Below, piece by piece: positions 1 to 9,155 of a stretch of 64,000 nt of DNA (positions within the stretch are counted from its first letter, which is position 1; the number at the start of each line of letters is the position of its first letter). Made by a program: the position numbers and the translations under genes. The notes beneath the pieces were generated by a model. That model worked only from the letters and a program-made list of their open reading frames with translations. It was not told where the DNA came from and searched no databases. The stretch is taken from NCBI GenBank assembly GCA_963827485.1, contig CAWHBB010000003.1:23476-87475 (forward strand), in the 5' to 3' direction. The stretch is from Chlamydiia bacterium (lineage in GTDB: Bacteria > Chlamydiota > Chlamydiia > Chlamydiales > JAAKFR01).

Positions 1-648
1 CCAGGGGTGCGAGCTGCAAGGGTGCTGGTGCTTGGAGGGGGTGTTTCGGGAACGCAGGCGGCGCGCATGGCGATGGGCCTTGGGGCCGATGTGACGATTG
101 TAGAAAGAAGGCTTTCGAGGCTGCGCGAGCTCGATGATCTTTATGGACCGCGTTTGAAGACCCTCTTTTCGACTCCTCTGACTATCCAGGAAGAGGTAGC
201 GAGGGCCGACCTGGTCATTGGAGCTGTGCTTGTGCCGGGTCGCAAGGCGCCCAAACTGCTGACGGAAAGGATGATTGCGTCGATGGAGCCGGGAAGCGCC
301 TTTATCGACCTTGCGATCGATCAGGGGGGCTGTTCGGAGACATCGCGACCGACCACCTACCACGATCCGATTTACAAGACACATGGCGTCGTGCACTTCT
401 GTGTCACCAACGTCCCAGCAGCCTGTGCGCGCACCTCGAGTGCGGCTCTGGCCAATGCCACAACGCCCTATGTGCTTGCGCTCGCGAATAAAGGAGCGGC
501 TGCGCTCTTCGAGGACAAGGGCTTTTTAGAGGGGCTCAATCTAGCCTACGGCCACGTCACCTCTAAAGAGGTGGCTGAGGACATGCACCACGGCTGGACT
601 GCCCCACAAGAGGCGCTGTGCTCCACAAACACCTGTGCTCGTAGCTGA
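1..648 (+). CDS. ald: L-alanine dehydrogenase, C-terminal part (5' end upstream of window)
   Basis: Frame is open from base 1. Rossmann motif VLVLGGGVSGTQAA and VHFCVTNVPAA/ARTSS segments are typical of alanine dehydrogenase. Confidence 0.8.
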   Translation, partial: PGVRAARVLVLGGGVSGTQAARMAMGLGADVTIVERRLSRLRELDDLYGPRLKTLFSTPLTIQEEVARADLVIGAVLVPGRKAPKLLTERMIASMEPGSAFIDLAIDQGGCSETSRPTTYHDPIYKTHGVVHFCVTNVPAACARTSSAALANATTPYVLALANKGAAALFEDKGFLEGLNLAYGHVTSKEVAEDMHHGWTAPQEALCSTNTCARS

Positions 649-699
649 TCACGCGGGAAATAAGTTGCGCGAAACTGTAAACTAAGTTACCATTAGGAC

Positions 700-1020
700 T
701 TGCTCGTGACAAAGAAAAGGCCTCCAAAGCTCAAAAACCTCTTAAAGAAGATTAGGGGATGTCTCGAGAGTGGCAGATACATTCTTACTAAGCATGCTCT
801 TGTTCGCCAGAAAGAACGGGCAATTAACTTAGCAGAAGCGATTCATGTTCTGAAAACCGGGTATGAGGAAAAAAGCAAGGATTGTTTTGAACAGAATACA
901 TGGAAGTATGCGATTAGAGGGAAAACGATAATAGGTCGGCTAGATGTTCGAATTATCGTGGCCTTTGACGATGATGAGATGCTCATCATTACCGTAATGC
1001 ATGTAGGGGGGGATCTATGA
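700..1020 (+). CDS. DUF4258-like toxin candidate (type II TA)
   Basis: 106 aa. YILTKHALVRQKERAINLAEAIHVLKTG resembles the DUF4258 signature. 4-nt ATGA overlap with the next ORF. Locally AT-rich. Confidence 0.5.
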   Translation: MLVTKKRPPKLKNLLKKIRGCLESGRYILTKHALVRQKERAINLAEAIHVLKTGYEEKSKDCFEQNTWKYAIRGKTIIGRLDVRIIVAFDDDEMLIITVMHVGGDL

Positions 1021-1472
1021 GAAGAAAGGCAAAGAGGGGCACATTTATATATGAGGGGCTCGGCTTCCCCATCCGCCTAGTCAATGTTCCATTGAAGAAA
1101 GTCTTGGGCGAATGGGCGATCGATATCGACTTTAATGTTTTCCAAAAGATAGTCCTCCATATGCTTGCGACAATGCCCACACCATTAACGGGAAAGGAAC
1201 TGAGATTCATTATCGATTATTTTGAGATGTCTTTTAGGGATTTTGCAAAGTTATTTGGGGTCTCACATGCTGCTGTTGTTAAGTGGGAAAAAGAAGAATC
1301 CAAGATGAATGCGAGTACAGAGGTATATTTGCGCCTTTACATCCTCAATCGTTTGAAAGTTACGGATAAAGAATTCAGGAGATCTTATCTAGAAATGAGC
1401 CCAGCAAGCTTATCTCATGCTGAAATCGAAACTGAGCCTTTAGAAATCGATATGGAGGAGATAGCTTGTTGA
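1017..1472 (+). CDS. HTH (XRE/MqsA-like) antitoxin candidate
   Basis: 151 aa. LTGKELRFIIDYFEMSFRDFAKLFGVSHAAVVKWEK looks like a helix-turn-helix. Translationally coupled to the upstream small ORF. Confidence 0.5.
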   Translation: MRRKAKRGTFIYEGLGFPIRLVNVPLKKVLGEWAIDIDFNVFQKIVLHMLATMPTPLTGKELRFIIDYFEMSFRDFAKLFGVSHAAVVKWEKEESKMNASTEVYLRLYILNRLKVTDKEFRRSYLEMSPASLSHAEIETEPLEIDMEEIAC

Positions 1473-1497
1473 AGCATGTCCCCCTTGCCATCCTGCT

Positions 1498-2088
1498 TCA
1501 GTTCTTTTCTTTGAAGGTGAGGGTGCCTGAATCGGTGCGGGCGGTGATGAGGAATTTCTTCTCTTCATGGTCGGTGGCGTAGCTCTTGTTGAGCCAGCCG
1601 CGGCCCTGTTTTTTGAGCGACTCGAAAACCACGACACTGCCTTTGTATCCCATTTTGGTTTCAAGGGAGATGCCCACATCCTTGGGAAGCAGAATCTCCA
1701 CATCGCCCGCCTGGCTCGAAATCTGAACGTGGCAGCATTTGGCAAAGTGGCCCGTGAGGTCGATCACCATGTCGGCACTCGCACCTATAAATTCGATCGA
1801 GGTAAGCTCGGGGAAATCGCCTTTGAGCCCTGCTACGAGCTTGCCAAGGCTTGCCGTGTAGTTGACCGAGGCCAGTTTGGGATAGCTTCCGGGCAGGGTG
1901 AACTCGGCGCGGTACTTGCGCCTGCCGTCGATATCGATTTTCTCCAGATTGGCATATTCGCCAGGAAAGCTCATCTCCTCGACATACTTCTTCTCGCGCA
2001 GCTCAAAGGAGCTGATCGAGCTGTCCGGACTCTCAGCCGCCAAAGGCGATGAGACAAGCGCTAAAAGAAGAACGAGAACTTGAAACAT
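1498..2088 (-). CDS. secreted hypothetical protein
   Basis: Start moved to MFQVLVLLLALVSSPLAAE (signal peptide). The longer track ORF would run through the tRNA gene. Confidence 0.6.
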   Translation of the reverse strand: MFQVLVLLLALVSSPLAAESPDSSISSFELREKKYVEEMSFPGEYANLEKIDIDGRRKYRAEFTLPGSYPKLASVNYTASLGKLVAGLKGDFPELTSIEFIGASADMVIDLTGHFAKCCHVQISSQAGDVEILLPKDVGISLETKMGYKGSVVVFESLKKQGRGWLNKSYATDHEEKKFLITARTDSGTLTFKEKN

Positions 2089-2107
2089 AGGATCCTTACG
2101 AAGGGTT

Positions 2108-2190
2108 TGCGAAAGGGGGGACTCGAACCCCCACGGAGTCTCCTCCACTACCACCTCAAGATAGCGCGTATACCATTCCGCCACTTTCGC
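2108..2190 (-). tRNA. tRNA-Leu (anticodon GAG)
   Basis: Hand-folded cloverleaf: acceptor GCGAAAG/CTTTCGC, anticodon loop TTGAGGT, long variable arm, T-loop GGGGGTTCGAGTCCCCC. No encoded CCA. Confidence 0.9.
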
Positions 2191-2285
2191 TTAAAGCGAG
2201 TTCGCCAAGGATGCTATCAAGAGAGGGGGATTAGAGCAAGCGCGAGCTTTTCAAATAATTCTTTGCATAGCTGAAATAGCTTGGA

Positions 2286-3113
2286 TTGCTTAATCTGGGG
2301 CCAAAACTTAGCGAATCTTTTGTGCGCTGTACAGCCTATCTGACTGCGGGCAGTTATAATATGATTGCCCTCTTCGATTTTCTAAAAAACCACTACAACG
2401 TCACCCGCTTCCGGGAAGCGATTGCGGCGAGCCTCACCGAACCGGGTGCGGAGGGCGATCTCTTCTTTTTCCCCTATGGGGTTGTAGTGAGCTGGGGCCT
2501 TTCGGAGGGCGACGAGGAGCGGCTTTTGAGCAAGCTCTCAAACTTCGAGCTCGAGAAGCTCGCCATCCCATTGAAAGATGAAAATGATTATAGCTACGCG
2601 CAGGCCACTCGCATTCAGCGTGGGGAGATGTGGCTTGCCAGCCGCGATATGCTCACCAAGCTCGCCATCTCATTTGGCCTTGCCCAATCCTCGAAGCTCT
2701 CTATTTTTGAAGAGACGATCGATAAGACCATAGCTGTCACGCGCCATCTTCCAAAGGATCTTGCGGCGAAGGGCAAAATCCTGCTTTCGCGCAGAGAGCT
2801 TGCGCAGAAGATCGGCAAGCTCTTCATGGATAGAAGCTCGGTGAATCTGCACTCCGACATTCTCGATGAGCCCGACTTCTTCTGGGAAAACCCCGAGTAT
2901 GAGCCCTTTTACCGAGATACGATCAAATGCCTCGATATGAAGACGCGACTCGATGCCCTCAACCATCGCCTGGGGGTGATCGGCGATCTTCTCGGCATCT
3001 TGAGCGACCAGCTCAACCACCACCAGACTGTGGTGCTCGAGTGGGCCATTATCCTTCTGATCGTCATCGAAGTGATCTTGGCCCTCTTGCGCGACCTCTT
3101 CCATCTCATCTGA
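2286..3113 (+). CDS. RMD1/DUF155 family protein
   Basis: 275 aa. FFFPYGVVVSWGL and a C-terminal TM helix (WAIILLIVIEVILALL) are typical of DUF155/YagE-like proteins. TTG start is uncertain. Confidence 0.6.
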   Translation: MLNLGPKLSESFVRCTAYLTAGSYNMIALFDFLKNHYNVTRFREAIAASLTEPGAEGDLFFFPYGVVVSWGLSEGDEERLLSKLSNFELEKLAIPLKDENDYSYAQATRIQRGEMWLASRDMLTKLAISFGLAQSSKLSIFEETIDKTIAVTRHLPKDLAAKGKILLSRRELAQKIGKLFMDRSSVNLHSDILDEPDFFWENPEYEPFYRDTIKCLDMKTRLDALNHRLGVIGDLLGILSDQLNHHQTVVLEWAIILLIVIEVILALLRDLFHLI

Positions 3114-3340
3114 TGAGCAAGCTTTTCATCCTGCTCATCCGCCTCTACCAGATCGCCTTGGGCCCATTCACCTCGGGCTCTTGCCGCTATTTCCCCAGCT
3201 GCTCCGACTATGCCATCAAGGCTTTCAAACGGCATGGCTCTCTCAAAGGCTCTCTCCTCACCCTCTGGCGCCTCTTGCGCTGCGGTCCCTGGTGCAAAGG
3301 GGGATTCGACTTCGTTCCTCGTGCCAAAAGTAAGAAATAG
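3113..3340 (+). CDS. yidD: membrane protein insertion efficiency factor YidD
   Basis: MSKLFILLIRLYQIALGPFTSGSCRYFPSCSDYA...CGPWCKGGFD signature. ATG overlaps the upstream TGA (ATGA). Confidence 0.9.
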   Translation: MSKLFILLIRLYQIALGPFTSGSCRYFPSCSDYAIKAFKRHGSLKGSLLTLWRLLRCGPWCKGGFDFVPRAKSKK

Positions 3341-3386
3341 AGATTTTCTATCTCACAAGTACTGGTAGACGAAGTTTGTGTCCAGT

Positions 3387-3707
3387 GAATCGGGTACGGG
3401 CTCTGCAAACGTTGAGACTCTTGCATAACCCCAGCTTGTTACATAAATCGGCAAATTAATAACAATCTTGTTCATCTTGCCACGCCTCGCGATCATGCGC
3501 ATCCTGTTCCTTTTTGAAGAAGGAAGCAAGATATGCAGGATCGCGAGGCGTGGCAAGATGGGCAAGATGAACTTATTTTCAAGAGGGTAGCTGAACATGT
3601 TACGCAACGGTCTCAACGTTCACATTCACGAAAAAAAGATCACCATTTTGCGAAAAATGGCTCCGAGGGGCTATTTCGTGAACGTTTGCAGGGCCCGCGC
3701 CCGATTC
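3387..3707. repeat. RE-C copy 1: palindromic landing-pad repeat with 27-nt terminal inverted repeats, interrupted by RE-A1
   Basis: 3387-3413 GAATCGGGTACGGGCTCTGCAAACGTT is the near reverse complement of 3681-3707. Its internal module is shared with 12709-12854. Confidence 0.7.
3414..3614. mobile_element. RE-A1: about 200-bp palindromic miniature element
   Basis: 16-nt imperfect TIRs (3414-3429 GAGACTCTTGCATAAC; 3599-3614 GTTACGCAACGGTCTC). Flanked by AACGTT on both sides (3408-3413, 3615-3620). Core is shared with 35226-35405, 62331-62475 and 17888-18012. Confidence 0.65.
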
Positions 3708-3888
3708 CTGAGCAAAAAACTTGCTTACAAATGGTTGTGGGGCAGAAGGTCGGACACAGGCTCACCCGCGGGCAGAGGCACTAAAAGTAAATCATATTCC
3801 AGCTGCAGAAAAAGAAATTTATAGTTATAACTTCCGGTCTGCCGTTGGGCAGTCGTTGTGAAGACATCCATTTTCATCTGGAGGAGTT

Positions 3889-4851
3889 ATGCATTCAAGA
3901 GGAGTAAGAGGTGGCGCAGGTCCAGGTTATCAGCCTTATCAGAGAACCGACGATCCATTGAGAGCGGCTAAAGCACGGGTTCAAGCTGCCTATCAGGCTC
4001 AGAGTCTGGCTCTCACTCAACTGGCCACGCGCTCTGGATTTGGCGCCTCCAAAGAATTGCTTGCTGCTGAAGCAGAATTAGCCGCGGCTCTTGCCGCGCA
4101 GAAAGCTCTGCAGGGAGTGGGAGGAGCTGGGGCTCTCGCAGATTATTCAGCGCTTGTAGGAGAAGCGGAAAGAGGTATGGAGGCGCTGCGTTTAGGGGGA
4201 TTGGGTGACCGTGCCATTGGTCAATTCGATCGAGCAATCAGCGCCTATAGCGATTTTGATGCAAGTCCCGCTGTACCTGCTCCGAGATCAGGCGCAAGGA
4301 ATTCTTCATATGTTGACTATAAGCTACGAGATGCAATGGAAGGAGACTTGGAAGATGCGAGAGAGGAACTGGAAGAGTTGCGAGCAGAAGGAGGTGACTG
4401 GGAGGAAGAGCGATACCTACAGAACCGAATAAATCAATTAGAGGATGATATTGATGCTGTCAATGAGGGAAGAAATCCATACGAAGAGCGCTATACATTA
4501 ACTGATGATGAAGTGGCAGAATATGCGAGATTAGATAGGGTAGATAGGAGGCGAGCAGCCGAATTGGATGCACAAATAGCTGCAGAGCAGGCCAAACAAG
4601 TCGCTGCAAAAGCCGCACAAGCAGCAGCTGCTGCGATGAGCTCTCGAGCTGCTTATCCAGGAGGGGGCGCAGGAGCGGGCGCCGGCGCATCAGCGCACAG
4701 AGCGGCTCCAAGAGTGGTGAGCACGCATGTGGTCCACAGACCCGCTCCCCCGAGACCTATGCCTGCTCACAGGGCTCCCCCGCCCCATGCTCCAAGAGCT
4801 GCTCCATCTTGGTTGGCCGCCTCAAATGCTGGCAAAGCTGTCGGTTATTGA
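3889..4851 (+). CDS. hypothetical Ala/Glu/Pro-rich protein (effector candidate)
   Basis: 320 aa. GGAGG SD before the ATG. Coiled-coil-like middle and a proline-rich C-terminus (HRPAPPRPMPAHRAPPPHAPR). No recognisable domain. Confidence 0.5.
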   Translation: MHSRGVRGGAGPGYQPYQRTDDPLRAAKARVQAAYQAQSLALTQLATRSGFGASKELLAAEAELAAALAAQKALQGVGGAGALADYSALVGEAERGMEALRLGGLGDRAIGQFDRAISAYSDFDASPAVPAPRSGARNSSYVDYKLRDAMEGDLEDAREELEELRAEGGDWEEERYLQNRINQLEDDIDAVNEGRNPYEERYTLTDDEVAEYARLDRVDRRRAAELDAQIAAEQAKQVAAKAAQAAAAAMSSRAAYPGGGAGAGAGASAHRAAPRVVSTHVVHRPAPPRPMPAHRAPPPHAPRAAPSWLAASNAGKAVGY

Positions 4852-4863
4852 AAATCTACTTCC

Positions 4864-6057
4864 CTACCTACGGGGCACCTTGAGGGTCATGCCCGGTTTG
4901 AGATTGGATGTCGGTAGATGGTTGAACTCCATCAGAAAATCTTGCGAGACTCGGTATTTGGTCGAGATGGTGGCCAGCGTTTCACCCCGCTCGACAATGT
5001 GGATGAAAGGAGCCGGTGCCGCAGGTGGACGCTCCCGAAAATGGGGTCTCAGCTCGCCCACAGAGGGTCTCGGCCCCGGTTTTTGAGCAAGCTCTCCCGA
5101 TGGAGAGCCCTCCGCTTCAAGTCCAAGTTTTCTCTTGGCAAGCTCCTTGACCGATGAGCCTCTCGGTGAATTTGCAAGCGCCTTTGAGAAGCTCTGCACC
5201 AGCTTGCCTTCGGCCGGGAGCAGGGAGAGTATTTGCACGAGCGTGCGGTCATCGAGACGGTTCACCGTATGAGAATAGTCGAGCAGCACAAGAAGCAGCG
5301 CTGACGATTTGGATCTCGCATTGAGATAGCTGTGGAGGAAGGAGCGCAAGCTTTCCTGAGAGAGATCGTGCGATTGCCTCTGATCTCTGCAAAAATTATC
5401 GACCAGCTCCCACGGTCCTTCGATCAGGAGCTCGGCCACCGCACCCTTGCCAATCTTTGTCCCCGCCCTCTGGAATAGCTGAAAGACCAGCTGAAACTCA
5501 TCGGTCAGGTAGAGCGTGGCCGCAAGATCCCTCTTCACGCCCTTGCTCTTCTCCCGATCCGCCTTCTCAAGCCGCTTGAGAGCCACAAGAAGGCCCCGCG
5601 CAGTCAACGGGTAGCGCTCCTCAGCTATAAAGCGGGAGATCCTCTCAAAATCCTCATCGCCTAATGAAGGATAGAGAGGGAGCTTGCTCTTCTTATAAGA
5701 GAGCGTTGCCCTCTCAGGACTCCGCCCAAGGGCGCGCGCCACATCGAAATGGCGAAGCGCTAAACATGAGAGCGCAAGATCTCTCCTCCGATAGCCATGC
5801 TCGATGAGCTCGAAGCCCCTCTCTTCGGTGAGCATGGAGGCAAGTCCTTTAAAATCAAGGAGTTGTAGGTTCTTGATCTCCTCGATGTTGCCAAGCTCAC
5901 AGTCGCCAATCTTGGATCCAGTCGTCTTCTTTTGAAAGTCGAAGCGAATTGCAAGTGGTTTTTTATAAGTAAGATATATCGTAAACAGCGCCAAGATGGC
6001 GTTGAGCAGCATCGATAGAAGGAATGCTTTTTTGTAGTGCCTCTGCTCTTGCATCAT
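4864..6057 (-). CDS. LysM domain membrane protein
   Basis: C-terminal LysM (HIVERGETLATISTKYRVSQDFLMEFNHLPTSNLKPGMTLKVP) and N-terminal TM (AFLLSMLLNAILALFTIYL). Start set at MMQEQ with AAGGGA upstream. Confidence 0.65.
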   Translation of the reverse strand: MMQEQRHYKKAFLLSMLLNAILALFTIYLTYKKPLAIRFDFQKKTTGSKIGDCELGNIEEIKNLQLLDFKGLASMLTEERGFELIEHGYRRRDLALSCLALRHFDVARALGRSPERATLSYKKSKLPLYPSLGDEDFERISRFIAEERYPLTARGLLVALKRLEKADREKSKGVKRDLAATLYLTDEFQLVFQLFQRAGTKIGKGAVAELLIEGPWELVDNFCRDQRQSHDLSQESLRSFLHSYLNARSKSSALLLVLLDYSHTVNRLDDRTLVQILSLLPAEGKLVQSFSKALANSPRGSSVKELAKRKLGLEAEGSPSGELAQKPGPRPSVGELRPHFRERPPAAPAPFIHIVERGETLATISTKYRVSQDFLMEFNHLPTSNLKPGMTLKVPRR

Positions 6058-6111
6058 CCAATTTCCCTTGCTTGGATTGAAGAAGGGGGGGTACAATCCC
6101 CCTCTTCTATT

Positions 6112-8193
6112 ATGAGATTTTCACTTTCTTGGCTAAGAGAGTTTTTACCGAGTGCGCCCCCGCCACAAGAAATCGCTGAGATATTAACGCTTTCAGGGAT
6201 TGAGGTGGAAGGGGTAGATCCATTTTTGGACGATTTTCTCTTCCATCTCTCGCTCACACCCAACTTCGGCCACGCTATGAGCGTCTGGGGAGTGGCTCGA
6301 GAGCTTGGGGCAAGCCTCGATCAGAAACTCCTGCCCCATGAGGTCGATCTCGTTGAGGATCAGTCGCTTAAGACAGAAGATCGGATCGAGGTAGCAATAG
6401 AAGATCCGAGCTGCACGCGCTATATGGTCCGCTTGCTGACCGGAGTCGATCTCAACCGTTTTCAGACGCCCGGCAAGATCAAAGAGCGGCTCGAGCAATA
6501 CGGGATGCGCACGATCAATCTCGTCGCCGATATCACCAACTATGTCCTTCTCGAAACCGGGGCGCCGCTCCACGCCTTCGACTACGATCAAATCCAGGGC
6601 GCTAAGCTGATCGTGAGAAGGGCAAGGGCGGGGGAGAAACTCACCACCCTCGACCATGTGGAGCGCTATTTGACTCCGGAGGATCTCGTCATCGCAGATA
6701 GCCAAAAGCCGCTTGCGCTTGCAGGCATCATGGGTGGAGAGTCATCCGAGGTGACCGAAAAGAGCCAGAGCATCCTTCTGGAAGGGGCCTACTTCGAGGC
6801 GGCCACTGTCAGGCGGAGCTCTAGACGCCACGAGCTTGTCACAGAGGGCTCTAAGCGCTGGGAAAGAGGGGGCGATATCGGCGCGGTCGAGTCGGCCCTC
6901 AAGCTTGCCGCCGCTCTTATTCAACAGATCACAGGCTGCAAAGTGGCAAAAGGGGTTTTGAAAGCTAGAGAAAGCCCTCCAGCTGAAAGAGTGATCTCCT
7001 TGCGCTTAAGCCAGGTGAGACGGCTTCTGGGGATCTCTCTTGGCGCCTCCGAGGTGGAGGCGATCCTTTCTCGACTCGGCTTCAAGTCGAAGGGAGTCGA
7101 TAGCGACAGGCTCCTCCTTGTGGTTCCAAGCTTTCGCACCGATGTCAAAGAGGAGATCGATCTCGTCGAAGAGGTGGGAAGGCTCTATGGCTACAACAAC
7201 CTCTACACCAAAGGAGAGCTGCCCCGAAGCCGAGGCTCGAGATTGGGTCACACCCCGCTCTTTTCGCTCCAAGGCAGGGTCAGAGAGGCGCTTTTGAGGG
7301 AGGGGCTGCAGGAGTTTTTGAGCTGCGATCTGGTGGGCGAAGAGCTCTCCCGGATGGCGCTGACCGATGCCCTCCCTGCTCGCGCCCTGATCAAGGTACT
7401 CAATCCCCATTCGCAGGCCCAATCGGTGATGCGCCCCTCGCTCCTGCCCGCCCATCTCTCCATCGTAAAGGGCAATCTCGCTCACGGCATCGACTCCATT
7501 GCCGCCTTTGAAGTGGGTCGCATCCACTTCAAAGAAAAGGATAGCTACCGCGAGCCGACCGCCCTTGCGATCACGCTCTCAGGCAAACGGAGCCATTCCC
7601 ATTTCGACTCTCTCAAATCACCAAGTGGCTCAGAAGAGGTCGATCTGCTCGATCTGAAGGGGATCGTGGAGAATCTTCTCCAAGCTCTCAAATGCAAGGC
7701 CGATTTTCTCCCCTCGCATTTAAGCTCGATGCACCCCTTTCAGCAGGCCAAGATCGTCATCGATGGTCAAGAGATAGGGATCATGGGGCAGGTGCACCCC
7801 GCTCTCTTACAGGAGGCAGGTATCTTGCAGCCGCTCTTTTTCGCAGAGCTCTTCATCGAACCGCTTGCAGGCTATATCCCCAGCGATCTCAAGATGAAAC
7901 CGCTCGCCCTTTTCCCCTCGTCGAAGCGCGACTGGACTCTGACGGTGAAGGAGGAGCTCGAAGTGGGCGAGATTTTCAAAGCGGTAGAGAGGGCGCGAGG
8001 GCCTCTGCTCGAGAGCTTTGAGCTGCTCGCAGTTTTTAGAGGTGACAAGATCGCGAAGGGATGGAAGAATGTCACCTTGCGCTTTGTCTTTCGAAGTTCG
8101 AGCGAGACTCTCTCCCACGACTCTGTGGATCAGGAGATGGCCGCTCTCGTACGGCAAGTATCAGAATCATTAGAACAGAAGGTAATGAAATGA
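6112..8193 (+). CDS. pheT: phenylalanine--tRNA ligase beta subunit
   Basis: MRFSLSWLREFL N-terminus, B3/4 and B5 regions, and a C-terminal anticodon-binding-like domain. Start moved to the MRF motif. Confidence 0.9.
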   Translation: MRFSLSWLREFLPSAPPPQEIAEILTLSGIEVEGVDPFLDDFLFHLSLTPNFGHAMSVWGVARELGASLDQKLLPHEVDLVEDQSLKTEDRIEVAIEDPSCTRYMVRLLTGVDLNRFQTPGKIKERLEQYGMRTINLVADITNYVLLETGAPLHAFDYDQIQGAKLIVRRARAGEKLTTLDHVERYLTPEDLVIADSQKPLALAGIMGGESSEVTEKSQSILLEGAYFEAATVRRSSRRHELVTEGSKRWERGGDIGAVESALKLAAALIQQITGCKVAKGVLKARESPPAERVISLRLSQVRRLLGISLGASEVEAILSRLGFKSKGVDSDRLLLVVPSFRTDVKEEIDLVEEVGRLYGYNNLYTKGELPRSRGSRLGHTPLFSLQGRVREALLREGLQEFLSCDLVGEELSRMALTDALPARALIKVLNPHSQAQSVMRPSLLPAHLSIVKGNLAHGIDSIAAFEVGRIHFKEKDSYREPTALAITLSGKRSHSHFDSLKSPSGSEEVDLLDLKGIVENLLQALKCKADFLPSHLSSMHPFQQAKIVIDGQEIGIMGQVHPALLQEAGILQPLFFAELFIEPLAGYIPSDLKMKPLALFPSSKRDWTLTVKEELEVGEIFKAVERARGPLLESFELLAVFRGDKIAKGWKNVTLRFVFRSSSETLSHDSVDQEMAALVRQVSESLEQKVMK

Positions 8194-9155
8194 AAAAGAC
8201 CATCCTTGCTCTTGGAGGAGCTCTACTCCTAGTCACCGCATGCCGCAGCGACCGGCATTCAGAGATCGTGCAGGAGAGCTTCATCCACAAATTCGGCGTC
8301 CCCATCAGCAAATCGGATTGGGTGAGAAATGGCCATGATGGCCAGATCGTCCAGCTTCTGACAAGTGGTGTGACTGTCAAGCGAACCTACGAGAAAGGGG
8401 TTCTGAACGGACAGACGAGCTACACCTTCCCCAACAGCTCGACGATTGCCACGGTCGAAACCTACGAAAATGGCAAGCTTGTGAATAAGGTCGAAAATTA
8501 CCCTTCAGGTATCTCCAAAGTCGAGGAGTGCTTCAACGATAACAAGCTGGTCCAGCACACACAGTGGTATGAGGATGGCACCCCCGCCTTGATCGAGCGC
8601 TACGAAGGGGGATTTCTGACCTCAGCAGAATACCGCAGCCCCCTCAACGTGGTCGAATCGCGCGTCGAAGAGGGTATGGGAACCCGTCTTACCCGCTCTG
8701 AGGATGGGGCTCTCGCCTACCGCGACACCATCCGCGCAGGGCAGATGGTCGAGCGCATCACCTTTTTTGCAAATGGGGAGCCTTCGATCGTGACTCCGTA
8801 CGAAAACGGTCTGATTCACGGAACCCGTCTCACCTTCATCTCTGGCGGAGTTCCGAGCAGCGTTGAGAGCTGGGTGCATGGCAAGCAGGAAGGAATCACC
8901 GTCGTCTTCACCAACGGCGAAAAAGTGGCCGAGATCCCCTACGTAAAAGGGGAGAAAAATGGAATCGAGCTGCGCTTCCGCGACGGCAGCACGCTTGCAG
9001 AAGAGGTCACCTGGCGAAATGGAGTGCAGCACGGCCCGCGCAAAATCCTTGTCGATGGAACTGAGGCAAAGACCGAGTGGTACCATCAAGGTGAGATCGT
9101 CTCGCGCAGCGCCTTTGAAAGGCTCAATCTCCCCGCCAAGGTTCCTGCGCGCTGA
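8190..9155 (+). CDS. lipoprotein with MORN-variant (YwqK-like) repeats
   Basis: MKKTILALGGALLLVTAC lipobox. Repeated YENGKL/YEDGTP/YENGLIHG units. ATG overlaps the pheT stop. Confidence 0.7.
   Translation: MKKTILALGGALLLVTACRSDRHSEIVQESFIHKFGVPISKSDWVRNGHDGQIVQLLTSGVTVKRTYEKGVLNGQTSYTFPNSSTIATVETYENGKLVNKVENYPSGISKVEECFNDNKLVQHTQWYEDGTPALIERYEGGFLTSAEYRSPLNVVESRVEEGMGTRLTRSEDGALAYRDTIRAGQMVERITFFANGEPSIVTPYENGLIHGTRLTFISGGVPSSVESWVHGKQEGITVVFTNGEKVAEIPYVKGEKNGIELRFRDGSTLAEEVTWRNGVQHGPRKILVDGTEAKTEWYHQGEIVSRSAFERLNLPAKVPAR

Noticed and set aside
2080-2274. ORF 2080..2274, and the N-terminal extension of ORF 1498..2184.
   Set aside because: Both run through the tRNA-Leu(GAG) gene. The real protein starts at the signal peptide MFQVLV (2088).
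3353-3824. ORFs 3353..3616(-), 3533..3784(+) and 3597..3824(+) in the yidD downstream spacer.
   Set aside because: They are made entirely of RE-A/RE-C repeat sequence. Equivalent pseudo-ORFs appear wherever the repeat occurs, and there are no ribosome-binding sites.
6193-7527. Long antisense ORFs inside pheT (6193..6705, 7006..7527). Similar shadows lie inside parE/parC (26339..26998, 27026..27802, 27745..28374), rluD (30304..31038), kdsA (32408..33022), rlmN (38755..39396), hemA (25247..25912) and the M15-like gene (54266..54820).
   Set aside because: They lie opposite genes with strong family motifs, have no motifs of their own, and are the usual stop-poor antisense frames of GC-rich coding DNA.
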